A DNA stretch of 64,000 bases. Source: a virus. Taxonomy: Duplodnaviria; Caudoviricetes. The position numbers and the translations under genes are program-made. The notes under the pieces are model-generated. The model was not told the DNA's origin. It saw only the letters and a program-made list of their open reading frames with translations, and searched no databases. Of this stretch, positions 17,299-29,290 are shown in pieces. Each line of letters opens with the position of its first letter. The stretch's first letter is position 1. The stretch covers positions 94,132 through 158,131 of IMG/VR virus record IMGVR_UViG_3300001528_000378. One strand, 5' to 3'.

Positions 17299-18546
17299 TT
17301 ACGCCCCCATACCTTTGGCTTCCCAATTATGGTCAAATCCACTAATATTATCCATTATTACAACCATATTTGTAGTTGTTTTCGTTTTTACATAATCAAC
17401 ACCGGATTCCGTCGTAGTAGAATATCCAGATGTTAAAAGTGCTGTATATTTAGTATTTGCAAACGGTTTTAAAAGTGTAATTGTATATGTAACATTACCA
17501 GCAGAAGAAAATACCCCACCCTGTTCCAACCAACCGCTCTTATATTTACGATACCAACTAGGGTCATCTGCTGTTGGCATTTTGCTTTCTACCACATAAT
17601 CAATGTTAGCCAACACATTGGACAAATCCGTATTCGCCTTGCCACTTAACGCTCCCGTAAATTCTGCTGCTTGCGCTGTACTAGCAGGTACCGCAGAGGT
17701 AAAAGCGGATATCCAAGGATATAATGTAGTATGCGCAGGAGTTACAGTGTCAGAGGAACCATAGACAGAGTTACCAAGCGAAGCCTGGGACTCTACATAG
17801 GCATAAGCAGTTGCAGCCCCAATACTAGAACCATACATCATTGAGTTCCCATCAGTATTGACAACGGCTTTTGCATAACTAGGTAGTTTAATCCAAGCAG
17901 GTGCATTAGGAGCAGCCGTAGCGCTATATGCTTTAACATCTGGCAACCCAGCACCCTTTTGCGTAATACCATCAGCACCAGCCATTTTGATATAGTTGGC
18001 TAACTTCGGCAAGCGGAGGGAGGTGCCAGCGATTGTAACTAGGCCAGTTCCAGTGGTAGTTGTACTGTACGTACCTGTCCACTCTTTTGTTGGTCCTGAA
18101 AAAGTTAGCGTATCATTAGACAAACTTATAACTGTATAATTACTTGCTTGCGTTGTATCTGTTGAACTCCAAACAGGGGCGCCAGCAACAGGTGTTCTTG
18201 TTTTTGTGTAAAAAGTTGAAGCACTTGCTAACCAACCATATACCGTTATTGTTCCAGTTGTCGTTCCACTATTTTCATCAACCACATACTTCGGGCACTC
18301 ACCGTAGGTAGCAATAGCATTATCATATTGTGTCTTGGTTACTTGCAGTTCGCTGTGTGCTTTTACAAAGTTATACAAGTCGGGGAATAAAGTCTTACCG
18401 TTCTCGTAATACTCACCAGTCCAACCAGGCAAAGCACCTGGGTTATCACTAGCCAAGCCGCTCTGCGAAAAATATACTTCGCCGATACATCTTTTAGTAC
18501 CGCCAAAGCCTGCTACAATATTAGTTTTTCCTTTAATGATAGACAT
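17299..18546 (-). CDS. Tail fibre / receptor-binding protein
   Basis: Collar-like region (LRLPKL); C-terminal WYRKYKSGWLEQGG...WEAKG fibre-tip domain. Confidence 0.7.
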   Translation of the reverse strand: MSIIKGKTNIVAGFGGTKRCIGEVYFSQSGLASDNPGALPGWTGEYYENGKTLFPDLYNFVKAHSELQVTKTQYDNAIATYGECPKYVVDENSGTTTGTITVYGWLASASTFYTKTRTPVAGAPVWSSTDTTQASNYTVISLSNDTLTFSGPTKEWTGTYSTTTTGTGLVTIAGTSLRLPKLANYIKMAGADGITQKGAGLPDVKAYSATAAPNAPAWIKLPSYAKAVVNTDGNSMMYGSSIGAATAYAYVESQASLGNSVYGSSDTVTPAHTTLYPWISAFTSAVPASTAQAAEFTGALSGKANTDLSNVLANIDYVVESKMPTADDPSWYRKYKSGWLEQGGVFSSAGNVTYTITLLKPFANTKYTALLTSGYSTTTESGVDYVKTKTTTNMVVIMDNISGFDHNWEAKGMGA

Positions 18547-18549
18547 AGT

Positions 18550-19335
18550 TTAGTTAGCTCCCAACATTGGATAAAAGTACAAAAACCCCTGTGAAAAAAT
18601 GTAGTAGTCAATAACATCTCCTGCTTTAACTGGATGGAATAGGTAAGATGTAACATAGTGTACATATCCGTTCCAATTAGCCACTTCACTAATTCTATTT
18701 CCATTTACCCAAACAACAGCACCTTTACCAGGAGTATCGACACTGGCTACAACATCCGTTGTATTTGTTCTTTCAAAAAAAGTATAACTTATCCACCCAT
18801 CATTAGGAGCTATATATTGTTTTTTTACGTTAACCGTACTATCCAAAGTTATAGCAGCATTATAATCAGGGAAGCGAAGAGCATAATTTGTAAGGCTGTT
18901 TTTTAGCTTGGTTTTACCTGTATCACTCAAATTTGTTAAGTTATTTGAATTATTTTCCACCACAGCCAAGTCCGCTTTCGTTGCAACTGTATCGCCACTC
19001 ACATCATCAGTAATTAAACTAACACTGTCATCAGTAATAGTTCCAGCAGTAACAGCAGCGTCAAATTCTGCTTTGGCGCCTTCAAAGTCAAAACCAGAAC
19101 TGGAAGACTTAATTGTACCATCAGAAGAAACAGAAATAGTTTTACCATCTGGTTTAACTATACCAGCCTTATTAGTGGTTGCTATTGCTACCTCGTCTAC
19201 TCCACTACTAGAAATCAAGTTTTTTAGTGATATACTTAATGCTTCCTCCCCACCTGTATCGATAGCCAATTTTGAAGAAGTATCCACTTTTGAAACTTCG
19301 GTTAATTCATTTATTCTTTTTCCTTCCAATGCCAT
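18550..19335 (-). CDS. Tail fibre-like protein
   Basis: KRINELT, IATTNKAGIVKPDG, FPDY...APNDGW...PVKAGD motifs. Confidence 0.65.
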   Translation of the reverse strand: MALEGKRINELTEVSKVDTSSKLAIDTGGEEALSISLKNLISSSGVDEVAIATTNKAGIVKPDGKTISVSSDGTIKSSSSGFDFEGAKAEFDAAVTAGTITDDSVSLITDDVSGDTVATKADLAVVENNSNNLTNLSDTGKTKLKNSLTNYALRFPDYNAAITLDSTVNVKKQYIAPNDGWISYTFFERTNTTDVVASVDTPGKGAVVWVNGNRISEVANWNGYVHYVTSYLFHPVKAGDVIDYYIFSQGFLYFYPMLGAN

Positions 19336-19539
19336 AGAATCTCCATGCTAATTCTGGCAGGGGATACGCCCCACTTTAGCCAGAACCGCAGTATTTTTTA
19401 TTTAATCAAACCTTTACTTTTCAACACTATCTCATTGGCTCTAACCAATTCGCTGAAAAAATAATTGGCTTTCTTAAACATATTCGTCATCTTTTTCATT
19501 TCTATCTCCTAAAACGAAAGGTAGATGACATACCTAAAA

Positions 19540-19773
19540 CTATTTTTTAATATCAAAAGCAAGTTTAATCATTGTTGCTACATTTAATACAACAGTTAAG
19601 ATAGCACCTAGGGGTAAACTATATTTTACCAATAAACCTACTGTTAAACAAGAAAAACAAAATAGCAATACTTTGTTTACAGTATTAAATAATGTGAAAA
19701 ACTTTTTAATACCAATACCTAAATACTTAAAAATAACTTTTAATACTTCTAATACTTTGTTATACCATTTCAT
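19540..19773 (-). CDS. Small two-TM membrane protein (holin-like?)
   Basis: Two hydrophobic segments, basic termini. Confidence 0.45.
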   Translation of the reverse strand: MKWYNKVLEVLKVIFKYLGIGIKKFFTLFNTVNKVLLFCFSCLTVGLLVKYSLPLGAILTVVLNVATMIKLAFDIKK

Positions 19774-19776
19774 AAA

Positions 19777-20511
19777 TTATTCCCACCTACAATTAAATGT
19801 ATTGCACCACAAGTGTGCTTCCTTATATGTATTTTCTATTACTTCTCTACTAAAAAATCTTACACCCTCTTTCCTACTAACAATTCTTACATTGTGAAAG
19901 AAATCATCAATCACGGCTTTCATCCCGTGGTTAAAATAAAGGTCTACTTGTTTATCCCTGTTATGGAATATATCTTTGTATGTTGGATTTCCATGTAGAA
20001 TATGAAACACCGCCGGAGCATTATTCTGCATTTCATCCAGTCTTACTTTTCCTTTAAGATTTGCTCTTAAATAAATCTCTTGTAGTGTGCTCTTATTTAC
20101 AATATGATGCACACCATTATAAGTCTGTGTCTTATTGATATTTTTCCAAATATGCAAGAAGTTTTTATCAATGAGTTTATTACGAGACATCCTACTTATA
20201 ATTTTTAAGTAATTATAGCCACCATAAAGTCTTTCTGGGTAAGTAAGAGGTGCAGTAGCAAACTGATAAGTAATTCTTATTTCTGGAACACAAACCTTTT
20301 TATTTAGATAAGTGTAAGAAGGATTTGTAAGAACTTTTCCACTTTGTATTACTGTTTTTGCTAAATTAACGTTTGTTGCTTGTGTAGTAATGGAGCGACA
20401 TATAATACTCGGCTTAAAAGAATTTTTTGCTGCTCTTACTACATTATATGCACTTTGTGCTAATACATCTAATGGGAGTAACAACAATAAACCAAGTATT
20501 ATATGTTTCAT
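19777..20511 (-). CDS. Signal-peptide protein with His-rich HNH/AHH-like C-terminal domain
   Basis: MKHIILGLLLLLPLDVLA signal; GVHHIV...FHILHG...FHN. Confidence 0.5.
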   Translation of the reverse strand: MKHIILGLLLLLPLDVLAQSAYNVVRAAKNSFKPSIICRSITTQATNVNLAKTVIQSGKVLTNPSYTYLNKKVCVPEIRITYQFATAPLTYPERLYGGYNYLKIISRMSRNKLIDKNFLHIWKNINKTQTYNGVHHIVNKSTLQEIYLRANLKGKVRLDEMQNNAPAVFHILHGNPTYKDIFHNRDKQVDLYFNHGMKAVIDDFFHNVRIVSRKEGVRFFSREVIENTYKEAHLWCNTFNCRWE

Positions 20512-20536
20512 AGAAATCTCCTAGAATAATATGTTT

Positions 20537-22006
20537 TTATGCTATAAAACTAATATTAGCATTTTCAACCCAAGTCATATTCCATGTTTCAATAGACATA
20601 TCTATTTTTCCTAAATAAATATTGGTATCTAACTCATTACCTGTAAGACTCCCTGTTTGTATAAGTGTTGGCGTGGCTGTATCTACATTTATATATAAAG
20701 AGCTAACGTCAAAAACACTTAATGCTGTGGTGTCCATTACTTTTACAGAACGCTTTGCTCCATCAAGTTCAGTATATACACCAGCAGGAATGGTTAATAT
20801 TTCTTTTTCTTCGGTGTATACTACTGGGTTATTCCCAGTAGTTGGGGTTTCTCCACCAGAATCGCCAGATTCCCCCGAAGATTTGCTTGTATATTTAATA
20901 TATTTATTAGGCGTCCAAGTATATGTTCCTGTATCACTATCAATTGTGACTGTTCCCACAAGTATCATTGTTTTTTCTTCTTCGCCAGTAAGATCTATTT
21001 TTGCAATGTAGGAAACAACGCCTGTATCTGTTGAAATATAGCAACTTCCAGCAAAACCAGCATTTTTAGTAAATTCGCTATCTACGGTTACAGTACGCTT
21101 TAAGTTGGTAGTTTCTTCATATGTGCCTGCGGGCACAACTAACTGCTGAGTAGATGTATCAAATGTAGCAGGGTTATTACCCTGATCACCTGTTTCTTCT
21201 CCACCAGAATCGCCACCAGAAGACTAACCACTAAATGTGAATGCTTCTGTTGGTACTGTATAGGTTAAATTAGTAGTATCAAAATCCTTTAATGTATTTA
21301 ATTTACTAATTCTAAATTCATCAACTGCACATGGATAACGTGAAGTAGAGTCACTCTGATTTAATCCTATGTAAAACTTATTGTTCCAACTTGGTAAGTT
21401 TGTTACTTGTAATAGGGTACCATTTAAGCCAGCAAACATTGTGCCATCTGCTAGCTTTACTAAAGCAAGGTGAACCCATTCAGCAGATCCAGAGGTAGTC
21501 GAATATAGTGTACTACTCGTTACAGCATCTGCATTATTGGCTGTTCTAATACTAGCTGTACCCTTAGTATAAGAATACCAAATAGCAAAACCATTATAGA
21601 CGGCTGAGTCATTTTTGGTCATATTGCTGAATGTTGAGTTATACTTCGTTGCATTACCCTTAATCCAACATTCTGCTGTCCATATACTGGGTTCTGTTTC
21701 TGGTAATGTAATAGTGACGTCAGTATAACCCTTATTACCACTAGCCAAACTACCTGTACCAAATTTAAAATCTGCTGTATCTATTGTAGCACTTGTATCC
21801 GCAACCACACTTACACCTGCTGCTAAATCAGCGGCTGCCACGTTTGTGCTATCATCAAAATGCATCAACACCAAAGTATCAGATGTAGATGGTTCAGGTG
21901 TAGGAGTAACAGAAGCAGAATAGACCTCCGTGGTCCCCAAATAAATTTTTGTTACTTCTTCACTTCCAAAATAAATTTTAGATACATCACTTGTTCCAAT
22001 TTTCAT
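20537..22006 (-). CDS. LamG/ConA-domain virion protein; single in-frame TAG at 21224-21226, then two ~100-aa repeats
   Basis: LLMHFD-like start, WTAECW, WVHLALV, VDEFRIS; frame stays open after the TAG through to 20537. Confidence 0.7.
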
Positions 22007-22008
22007 AA

Positions 22009-24297
22009 TTAACCCACAATGTAGTAAAGTGTATTATCATCCTTTGTTTCCAAACTATCATATTCTGATTGTGTAAGTTTTTTAATCTTAGTAATTTCTT
22101 CGGATACCACTACATTTGATATATTTGAATTTGCATCCTTATGCAACAAACTAGAAGCGTCTAATCTTAATACTGCACTTTCACTTCCGATTGCAAAGGA
22201 AGAGTTGCCAAGGTTTTGGATCATTGGCCAAGAATCAACAGTTAAGGCCGTTTTACTTGTTCCTGCATTAATAGCCACTTCGTTTTTAAAAGTTTTTTTA
22301 CCAGAAATAGTTTGGTCAGAATCAGGTGTGATAGCATATCCACCAATATTTCCAGAATCGATGTTTTCTAACTCAACACCATTTTTATTAATCTTTAAAG
22401 AATCATAAGTTTGTATAGTAACAGGATCACTACTTGAACCTAATAAGATTTTGGAGCCATCATACTTAACAATTGTAGAACCATTTGCTACAGTGAGTGC
22501 TTTATTAATTGGGAGATCAATTCCACCTGCAAAATGTTTATTTCCAGTAATGGTTTGCTCTGTATCTGTGGTAACCATGTTGTCAGGTGTAGAACTTCCA
22601 CCAGAACCAGCTTCACCCTTCAAACCAGTAAAGGCAAAATCAAACGTACGAGCAGACGCAGTACCACCTAATGTTACTGTTACATTTGGCGTACCTGTTG
22701 TGGCATCTACCGTAGCAGTAGCAGAAGTAATAGTAGCATTTGTGCCATTAGTACCATTTGTTCCGTCTTTTCCTGCAGGACCCTGCTCACCAGTAGCTCC
22801 TGTGGCGCCTTTCTCACCAGCAGGTCCTTGAGGACCAGTAGCCCCAGTATCACCTTTATCACCCTTATCGCCTTTAGGGCCTTTAAGTGCAGCTAATTGT
22901 TCTTCTGTAAAATCGGCATATGTAAATGCATCACCTTTTGGACCTTGAGGACCAACTGCACCTGCAGCACCTTTTTCTCCGGTTGCACCTGTTTCACCCT
23001 TGGGACCTTGTGCTCCTGTTGCTCCTTGTGGAATTGTAAAATCAAGAACCAAAGCAGACTCAGTACCAGAGTTTGTAACAACAGCTTGAGTACCAGCAGC
23101 ACCAGTAGTTGTTTTTCCAACTGTTACAGATACAGTAGAGCCACTACCGCCTTCACCTTCTACTAAAAATTTCTTACCATCTTTATTTACTACTTTTGCA
23201 CCATGAATAACAGTAGTAAACTCTGTTTCTGATACACCATCTGTTGCCAAATGGATACCTTCACCATATTTACCAGCAGAATCTGCTTCTTTATAGGAAA
23301 TTAAGTTAATTCCGTCAACAGCGTCTTTACTGTACTTTGTAACACCTCGAATAGCACATTCAGTTTTTAATTCCAAATCGCCTACTTTAATGCCTTTTGA
23401 AGCAGCAACATATGAATAAGCCTGAATGCCACCAGTAAATCTCTTTACACCAGTAATTGTTTCAAAATCGTCCAAATGTACAACTTTGGAATTATCTGCT
23501 TTTGTAGCCAAACCGCTTGTTACTGCTTCTGTAGTGACATAATCACCCGCGGGTTGTTTAGCGTTCCAAGAGGAAATATTATCCTGAGTAATAGATTTTA
23601 CATGTGCAGGTACTGTAGGATCAGTTTCTGTATAGGATTGTAGAGCAGTTGCACCTTTTGCAGCACCAGAACGGATAGTTTCTAAATCATCAATTTTATC
23701 CTGTTTATCTGCTAAGGATGCTTCAACGGCTGATTTATCTGCTTTATTGGTCTGAATATTAGTAACTGTTGTATTTAACTCATTAAGTGAAGTACCCTGA
23801 GCATCTATTGTATTGGTAATAGTTGCTACATCATCTTTTACTTGTTCTACTTCTGCCTTAGTAGCATAGTTATCTGGTACTTTTGTTAAGAAACCTGAAT
23901 CATTTTCCAAATCAGATGTTTTAGTAGGAAGTTCAGATTTTAAAGCGTAGTCACCCTTATCTTGCTTACCTGTTACTGTAGTATTAATACCCTCTACTTC
24001 TTTATTAATATCTACTATATCTGCTTTAATACCAGTAATATCGTTTGAGTTTGCTTCAACTCTAGTATCTGTTTCATTAAGAGAAGTTTTATCTGCCTTT
24101 AAATCAAGTGCTTCTTGTGTTGCTGTACTAATAGGTTTATCAACATCAGAAGTATTATCTACATTACCCAAACCAATATCTTCTAGTGTAGTATTATCCA
24201 CCAGTTCATGTTCATTTAAAGTAGGTTTATCTAATAAATCTTTATAATATTTTAAAGGTGTTACCCTTACATCTACATTGACATTTTTATAAGCCAT
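22009..24297 (-). CDS. Collagen-repeat fibre protein
   Basis: Gly-X-Y runs, coiled-coil, [20 protein letters not shown] repeats. Confidence 0.8.
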   Translation of the reverse strand: MAYKNVNVDVRVTPLKYYKDLLDKPTLNEHELVDNTTLEDIGLGNVDNTSDVDKPISTATQEALDLKADKTSLNETDTRVEANSNDITGIKADIVDINKEVEGINTTVTGKQDKGDYALKSELPTKTSDLENDSGFLTKVPDNYATKAEVEQVKDDVATITNTIDAQGTSLNELNTTVTNIQTNKADKSAVEASLADKQDKIDDLETIRSGAAKGATALQSYTETDPTVPAHVKSITQDNISSWNAKQPAGDYVTTEAVTSGLATKADNSKVVHLDDFETITGVKRFTGGIQAYSYVAASKGIKVGDLELKTECAIRGVTKYSKDAVDGINLISYKEADSAGKYGEGIHLATDGVSETEFTTVIHGAKVVNKDGKKFLVEGEGGSGSTVSVTVGKTTTGAAGTQAVVTNSGTESALVLDFTIPQGATGAQGPKGETGATGEKGAAGAVGPQGPKGDAFTYADFTEEQLAALKGPKGDKGDKGDTGATGPQGPAGEKGATGATGEQGPAGKDGTNGTNGTNATITSATATVDATTGTPNVTVTLGGTASARTFDFAFTGLKGEAGSGGSSTPDNMVTTDTEQTITGNKHFAGGIDLPINKALTVANGSTIVKYDGSKILLGSSSDPVTIQTYDSLKINKNGVELENIDSGNIGGYAITPDSDQTISGKKTFKNEVAINAGTSKTALTVDSWPMIQNLGNSSFAIGSESAVLRLDASSLLHKDANSNISNVVVSEEITKIKKLTQSEYDSLETKDDNTLYYIVG

Positions 24298-24299
24298 AT

Positions 24300-24842
24300 T
24301 TACTCCACAATAAAATTACTATTTGCATAAATTTCTTTATCACCAGTTTGTGAATAAAACCTTATTTGATAATAGTATACCCCTGATGTTTGTGTCACAG
24401 TTTCTGGAATATAAAATGTAGCCTCATTACCAGAAAAACCATTCTCTGGATATGGGTCAGTTTCTAATGGTGTATTAATTTTTATTTCATTATACATTGC
24501 ATCATCATCTGTAGAATCTGGTTTTGGTAAAATAATAAACTGTACACTACACCCTGTTAAATCCAGAGCTTCACCTTGTCTATTAGTAAAACTAATATTT
24601 ATTTTTAGGGGATTATTACTTGATACTACTATAGCCTCTTCTGTATCACCAATATATTCTGTATCTACATGGGAAGTTCCTTGTGCATAGCCACAAATTT
24701 CCATAACTATAAATGTATTATCAGGAAATAACTCAGACCGTCTAGTAGCTTCTTTTACAGCATCATTATATTCTGTAAATCGCTCATTTAAGTTATTTGG
24801 CATATTTGCCACAAATATAGACCAAAACTTTTTCATTAGCAA
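24300..24842 (-). CDS. BppU-like baseplate/fibre-associated protein
   Basis: DLTGCSVQF...GVYYYQI pattern. Confidence 0.45.
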   Translation of the reverse strand: MLMKKFWSIFVANMPNNLNERFTEYNDAVKEATRRSELFPDNTFIVMEICGYAQGTSHVDTEYIGDTEEAIVVSSNNPLKINISFTNRQGEALDLTGCSVQFIILPKPDSTDDDAMYNEIKINTPLETDPYPENGFSGNEATFYIPETVTQTSGVYYYQIRFYSQTGDKEIYANSNFIVE

Positions 24843-25078
24843 TTATCCTCACCTGGTACACTATCCACTTCAGATGGACAGCAAATACATTTTTGATTCA
24901 ATATTTCTACTATTTCGTCTAAGTCACTATTTGTTAATTTTTCTGAAATAGATAGTTTTTCAGGACAACAGTCACCATACTTAAAAATTTTTATAGTATC
25001 ATCCTCACACAACAAATAATTTATATCTGTGCGCTTTACAATATTAGACGATACTATGGTGTATGTATTAGATAGCAT
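24836..25078 (-). CDS. Small Cys-rich protein (similar to the 28019 N-terminus)
   Basis: IKIFKYGDCCP vs LTLFRKGDCHP. Confidence 0.55.
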   Translation of the reverse strand: MLSNTYTIVSSNIVKRTDINYLLCEDDTIKIFKYGDCCPEKLSISEKLTNSDLDEIVEILNQKCICCPSEVDSVPGEDNC

Positions 25079-25095
25079 ATGTTATTATATAGCCC

Positions 25096-27714
25096 CTACC
25101 CAACGATAGCATAGAAAGTGCTGTCATCCTTAGTTTTTAATGCGTCATATTCAGCTTGTGTAAGTTTAACAATTTTTGTTACATTATCAGAAGTAACGGC
25201 TTTTGTTGGAATAAGTGCAGTTACATTATCAATGTCGTGAAATACAGCATCTGCAAGAGCATTCACCGTTGTAGTAATTTCTTTGCTGTTATAGGTATAG
25301 GTTGTTTCAATGTCCGCACCCGTAAGCGTGATAGCACCTGTCTTACCATTAACAGAGATATCATCTACTGTAGCAATTTGCTTGCCATTTAAGGTTGCCA
25401 AACCTTTCCCACCACTGTTAGGGTTTACCGTATTAATGTTAAAATCGCTCGCCTGTATTTCGGTCTTTTGGTCATAATTACTAAATTGCATAGTTCCTGA
25501 CGAACTTCCTGCAATTCGCTGATTAGTTGTGCTATATAATGAACTAACCCGAGCGAGGCTAGTAAAATCAATTTGTTCGGTAAAAGTTTTTCTCGCCGTG
25601 ATATCTTGGTAAGTGTCCATGGTGACCATGTTAGTAGGAGCAGTACCTGCTTCACCTTTCAAACCAGTAAAAGCAAAATCAAAAGTCCTTGCTGACGCTG
25701 TACCGCCTAATGTCACTGTTACATTTGGAGTTCCCGTGGTTTCATCTACTGTTGCTGTAGCTGCTGTAATAGTGGCATTTGTTCCTGGATCACCTTTCGG
25801 TCCAGTTTCACCTTGTTTACCTTGTGGTCCTTGTTCACCAGTCTCACCCTTTGGGCCTGTTGCGCCTGTGGCACCAGTATCACCTTTATCTCCTTTGGCT
25901 CCTTTTTCCACCCAATCAGTCCAAGTTTCTGATCCGCTAGCACAAGTGCGAATAAAAACTTTATTTGTTGAGTTATTTGAAGGTAAACAAATTTGAGCAT
26001 AATAACCGCTAGCGGTACGCACAACTATTAACCCAAAAGCGTCAACGTTTTCTGGTCCATTTAAACACTTATTTGACCCGCCCGCATAATATTTACCCTC
26101 AGCTTGTACTGTGTTTAAATCAGTACCACCAGCAATTTCTTGAGCATTTGCAGATAAAACACTATTTTTCAAAACTAATCCATCACCAACCGTGAAAGCG
26201 TTTTGTTTAGTTTTTAACCCATTAGTTAAAGCAGTGTTTGTAGCATAATCGCCTTTATCTTGTTTAGATTCTACTTCTGTTTTAGTAGCATAATTTTTTG
26301 CTGTTAACTCTGTTTCAGTTACATATTCCTCAGGAATAGCAGTTAAGAAGCCAGAATCATTTGTAAGTTGTGAAGTCTTTGTAATAGCATTGTTAATTGC
26401 TACTTTACCAGTAGGCTCTGCTACTGAATACGGTTGTGTTGGTGGTACGAAGTTTTCTGTATAACGAACTATGTCGGAAATACGGAGTTCGTCTATATAC
26501 CATGGTGTGCGTCCATTAAAATTACAAAGGTTAAAATCAGCTAATGGATAATCTGTAGTTCTGTCATCTACTTTTATACCATTAAGAAATGCAGAGATCT
26601 TCTTTTCATTTACACTGTATGTAAAAGCAACATGATTCCATGTATTATATTCAATCATTGGCGACAAATTCAAGTATTTTCCTGAACCGTTAGTTACTGC
26701 TACATAGAGCTGACTACTATTGACACCAATGAGTGTTTGAGCACTATGTCCTACAAAATTTCCGTACCATGCTAAATTTACATTGACACTTGTAAGTAAA
26801 ATAAAGAAATCAATAGTGAAATCTTTTGTATGATCTAATGTAAGTAATGTACCAGTGCTGGAAGGCGAATTGAATGAATAGCCGTGCGTCCCAAACTTAT
26901 GGTCCACAATTAACGAACCATTTGGCATATCTAGTGAATTTACAACATCTTTCAAATCTCCATCAAAATGCCAGCAAGCCAAAGTATGTTCGTCAATACC
27001 GCCTTCGGGTAATACCTCGTCAATAGTAATATTTTTACCAGATACCAAATTTGAAGCAGTATAGACATTTACTGGCAAATCACTCTTTAACGCGAAAATC
27101 TGGTCGTTTAATACCCTATAACCAACGTAATCTACGCGAATAACACCAGTTTCGCTCAAATGAACATCAGCCAAAGGACCTGCTTTTGTAGGAGTTCTCC
27201 AAACATTACCGTCATCGTTTGATTTAAATTGCCACTTACCAACTTCAGGACTAAACCAGGCCAAGTATGCTTCTTGTCCGTTTTCTGGTTCCTCCTTTTG
27301 ATAGTAAACTGCTTCTGCTTCTTTAATAACACCATCAGCTAAAAACAAAGTTACATCAGAGGTGCTGTTAATTGTATACTTGATATCGCTACCAATTTGA
27401 GTTTTGGTATCACTACCTGGCATCAGCAATTGAATACCTGCTTTTACTGTTACTTCTTTACTATCAGAAGCATAAGTAATCAAACCGTTTTGGGCATTAA
27501 TGATACCATATTTAGAAGCGTAATCACCTTTAATACCATTATTATCAGTATCAGAAGTAATGCCTAAATCTTTTTTAGTAGTATCCTTAGTTAAGACCAC
27601 ACCATCAATAGCAGGTTTGTTTGTTAAATCGTCATAATTGGTAGTTCCACCCTTACCACCATTGGAATTAAATGAGAAGCTACCTAGAAATTTTGTAGTT
27701 TTTGTCTTTTCCAT
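25096..27714 (-). CDS. Fibre protein with LamG, knob-like and collagen segments
   Basis: [28 protein letters not shown]; Gly-X-Y; module shared with 22009. Confidence 0.8.
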   Translation of the reverse strand: MEKTKTTKFLGSFSFNSNGGKGGTTNYDDLTNKPAIDGVVLTKDTTKKDLGITSDTDNNGIKGDYASKYGIINAQNGLITYASDSKEVTVKAGIQLLMPGSDTKTQIGSDIKYTINSTSDVTLFLADGVIKEAEAVYYQKEEPENGQEAYLAWFSPEVGKWQFKSNDDGNVWRTPTKAGPLADVHLSETGVIRVDYVGYRVLNDQIFALKSDLPVNVYTASNLVSGKNITIDEVLPEGGIDEHTLACWHFDGDLKDVVNSLDMPNGSLIVDHKFGTHGYSFNSPSSTGTLLTLDHTKDFTIDFFILLTSVNVNLAWYGNFVGHSAQTLIGVNSSQLYVAVTNGSGKYLNLSPMIEYNTWNHVAFTYSVNEKKISAFLNGIKVDDRTTDYPLADFNLCNFNGRTPWYIDELRISDIVRYTENFVPPTQPYSVAEPTGKVAINNAITKTSQLTNDSGFLTAIPEEYVTETELTAKNYATKTEVESKQDKGDYATNTALTNGLKTKQNAFTVGDGLVLKNSVLSANAQEIAGGTDLNTVQAEGKYYAGGSNKCLNGPENVDAFGLIVVRTASGYYAQICLPSNNSTNKVFIRTCASGSETWTDWVEKGAKGDKGDTGATGATGPKGETGEQGPQGKQGETGPKGDPGTNATITAATATVDETTGTPNVTVTLGGTASARTFDFAFTGLKGEAGTAPTNMVTMDTYQDITARKTFTEQIDFTSLARVSSLYSTTNQRIAGSSSGTMQFSNYDQKTEIQASDFNINTVNPNSGGKGLATLNGKQIATVDDISVNGKTGAITLTGADIETTYTYNSKEITTTVNALADAVFHDIDNVTALIPTKAVTSDNVTKIVKLTQAEYDALKTKDDSTFYAIVG

Positions 27715-27716
27715 AG

Positions 27717-28007
27717 TTAACCCTCAATTTCAATATGCAAATCAGTGGAACCTTTTAAGCAACGAGCAAACACTTTTCCAGTAGTAAGTTTCAACCCACA
27801 CTGTTCTTTCGATTCTACTTCCAAACCCTTGGTAACTGTATCTTCTGGTTTTTCAGTAGTATTTAAAAATAAAACAGGTAATCCACCACAATTTACTAAA
27901 TAGTAGTTAGAATCACTCTTAAAAGTGAATGCTTCACCATTCACATTAGAAATTAAATCCTCTAAATTTACCCAGTCTTTATTTACTGTAACATTTGCAA
28001 CGTGCAT
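27717..28007 (-). CDS. Hypothetical virion protein
   Basis: GGAG SD; fibre operon. Confidence 0.55.
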   Translation of the reverse strand: MHVANVTVNKDWVNLEDLISNVNGEAFTFKSDSNYYLVNCGGLPVLFLNTTEKPEDTVTKGLEVESKEQCGLKLTTGKVFARCLKGSTDLHIEIEG

Positions 28008-28018
28008 AATATCTCCAA

Positions 28019-28552
28019 TTAAAAATCACTTAATAAAATTTGTTTCCAAGAAGTACCATCACTAAAAGCCAAACAATTTTTGTCTGACACATAAACAATA
28101 CTAAAAGAAAAATCTTCTGGATTTGGTAATTCTTCAAAAGTATAAGAAGTTGGTTTATTGAGTTTTGTTTCTTCCAAATCGTTTTTATACTTTTCTACAT
28201 TTTCAATACTTTCTTTTAAATCTAATGCTTCTTGTAATCCAGCAATAGCATCTATTGGGTGTTGCCCCTCTAAATCAAGATTTATAAGTTTTGAGTGGTC
28301 ATCTGTAGATAATTCTACTTGTTCACTCCCACAAGTATTTAATTCAAGTAGATATTCTGCAATCTGAGCCTTTGTTTTCTCAGAATACATTTTATATCTA
28401 AATGGATGACAATCACCCTTTCTAAATAAAGTAAGTATATCCCCATTAAATTCCAACTTGGAGATATACTTTTTATCAAAAATTAAACCGTCAATCCTCA
28501 TATACCTTCTTGGAATATAGGTATTAGAGGTTGCTGAACAGGAACAGGACAT
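28019..28552 (-). CDS. Fibre-associated structural protein
   Basis: DHSKL..QHPIDAIAGL, AFSDGTSWK motifs. Confidence 0.6.
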   Translation of the reverse strand: MSCSCSATSNTYIPRRYMRIDGLIFDKKYISKLEFNGDILTLFRKGDCHPFRYKMYSEKTKAQIAEYLLELNTCGSEQVELSTDDHSKLINLDLEGQHPIDAIAGLQEALDLKESIENVEKYKNDLEETKLNKPTSYTFEELPNPEDFSFSIVYVSDKNCLAFSDGTSWKQILLSDF

Positions 28553-28770
28553 TATTCTTCCCCTTTAAATTTCTTCGATAACAACCCTGTATTTTTTGGT
28601 TTTTCTATCTTTGCTTTCTAATTCAGCCGTTTGCTGAAACATATCAAGCAAGGTTTTTACACCTTCTATATCCTCAATACAGTATATTGCTTCGACATCT
28701 AAAAATGTTTTTGTCATGAACTCTCCTAAGGATAATCCTTTTGGTTTCCCGCTTTATATAAAATTAACTT

Positions 28771-29199
28771 TTACGGGCTTAACATCCCATCGTTCAGACG
28801 GTAGTTTTGTTCTCCATACTCTTTTTGTATGGACCTCAATAGAGAGGTGATTTCATCTTTATGCAAATCCCTCTGATAAATATATAAATGTAAACCTAAA
28901 TTGTATAATTCTGATATATTTATTGTTGAATCATATATTGTTTTAACTCCCTTATCCAAGAAGGGTTTATAATTTAAGGATTCCGTTATGGCAATTTTAT
29001 ACCCACTTAATTTAGGTACTTGTTCCATATCCTCATAATCATCTGTTAAAAATATATAAATATCTTTATCTTTTGGTATGTTATCAAAATTACTTATATA
29101 CACAAAAAAATCTTCCCTATTAGAAAGAAATTTGTATAATAACCTACCAAAATAGGTATTATTATCGACAATACAAATAGATACAATACAAGGTTTCAT
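28771..29199 (-). CDS. Degenerate REC-like protein
   Basis: ICIVDNN...DIYIFLTD...KIAIT...GVKTIY; probable start at MKPCIV. Confidence 0.45.
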   Translation of the reverse strand: MKPCIVSICIVDNNTYFGRLLYKFLSNREDFFVYISNFDNIPKDKDIYIFLTDDYEDMEQVPKLSGYKIAITESLNYKPFLDKGVKTIYDSTINISELYNLGLHLYIYQRDLHKDEITSLLRSIQKEYGEQNYRLNDGMLSP

Positions 29200-29290
29200 A
29201 TTAAAATGCCACACTAGGTAGTGGCCAACCGTGCTTTCTTTAGCCAAGCATTCAGATAGCTACTGCATCCAGTCGTGCAGTCGACACAAA

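Noticed and set aside
17299-27714. Diversity-generating retroelement or invertible fibre cassette
   Set aside because: No reverse transcriptase or recombinase in the window; differences between the repeats are not adenine-specific.
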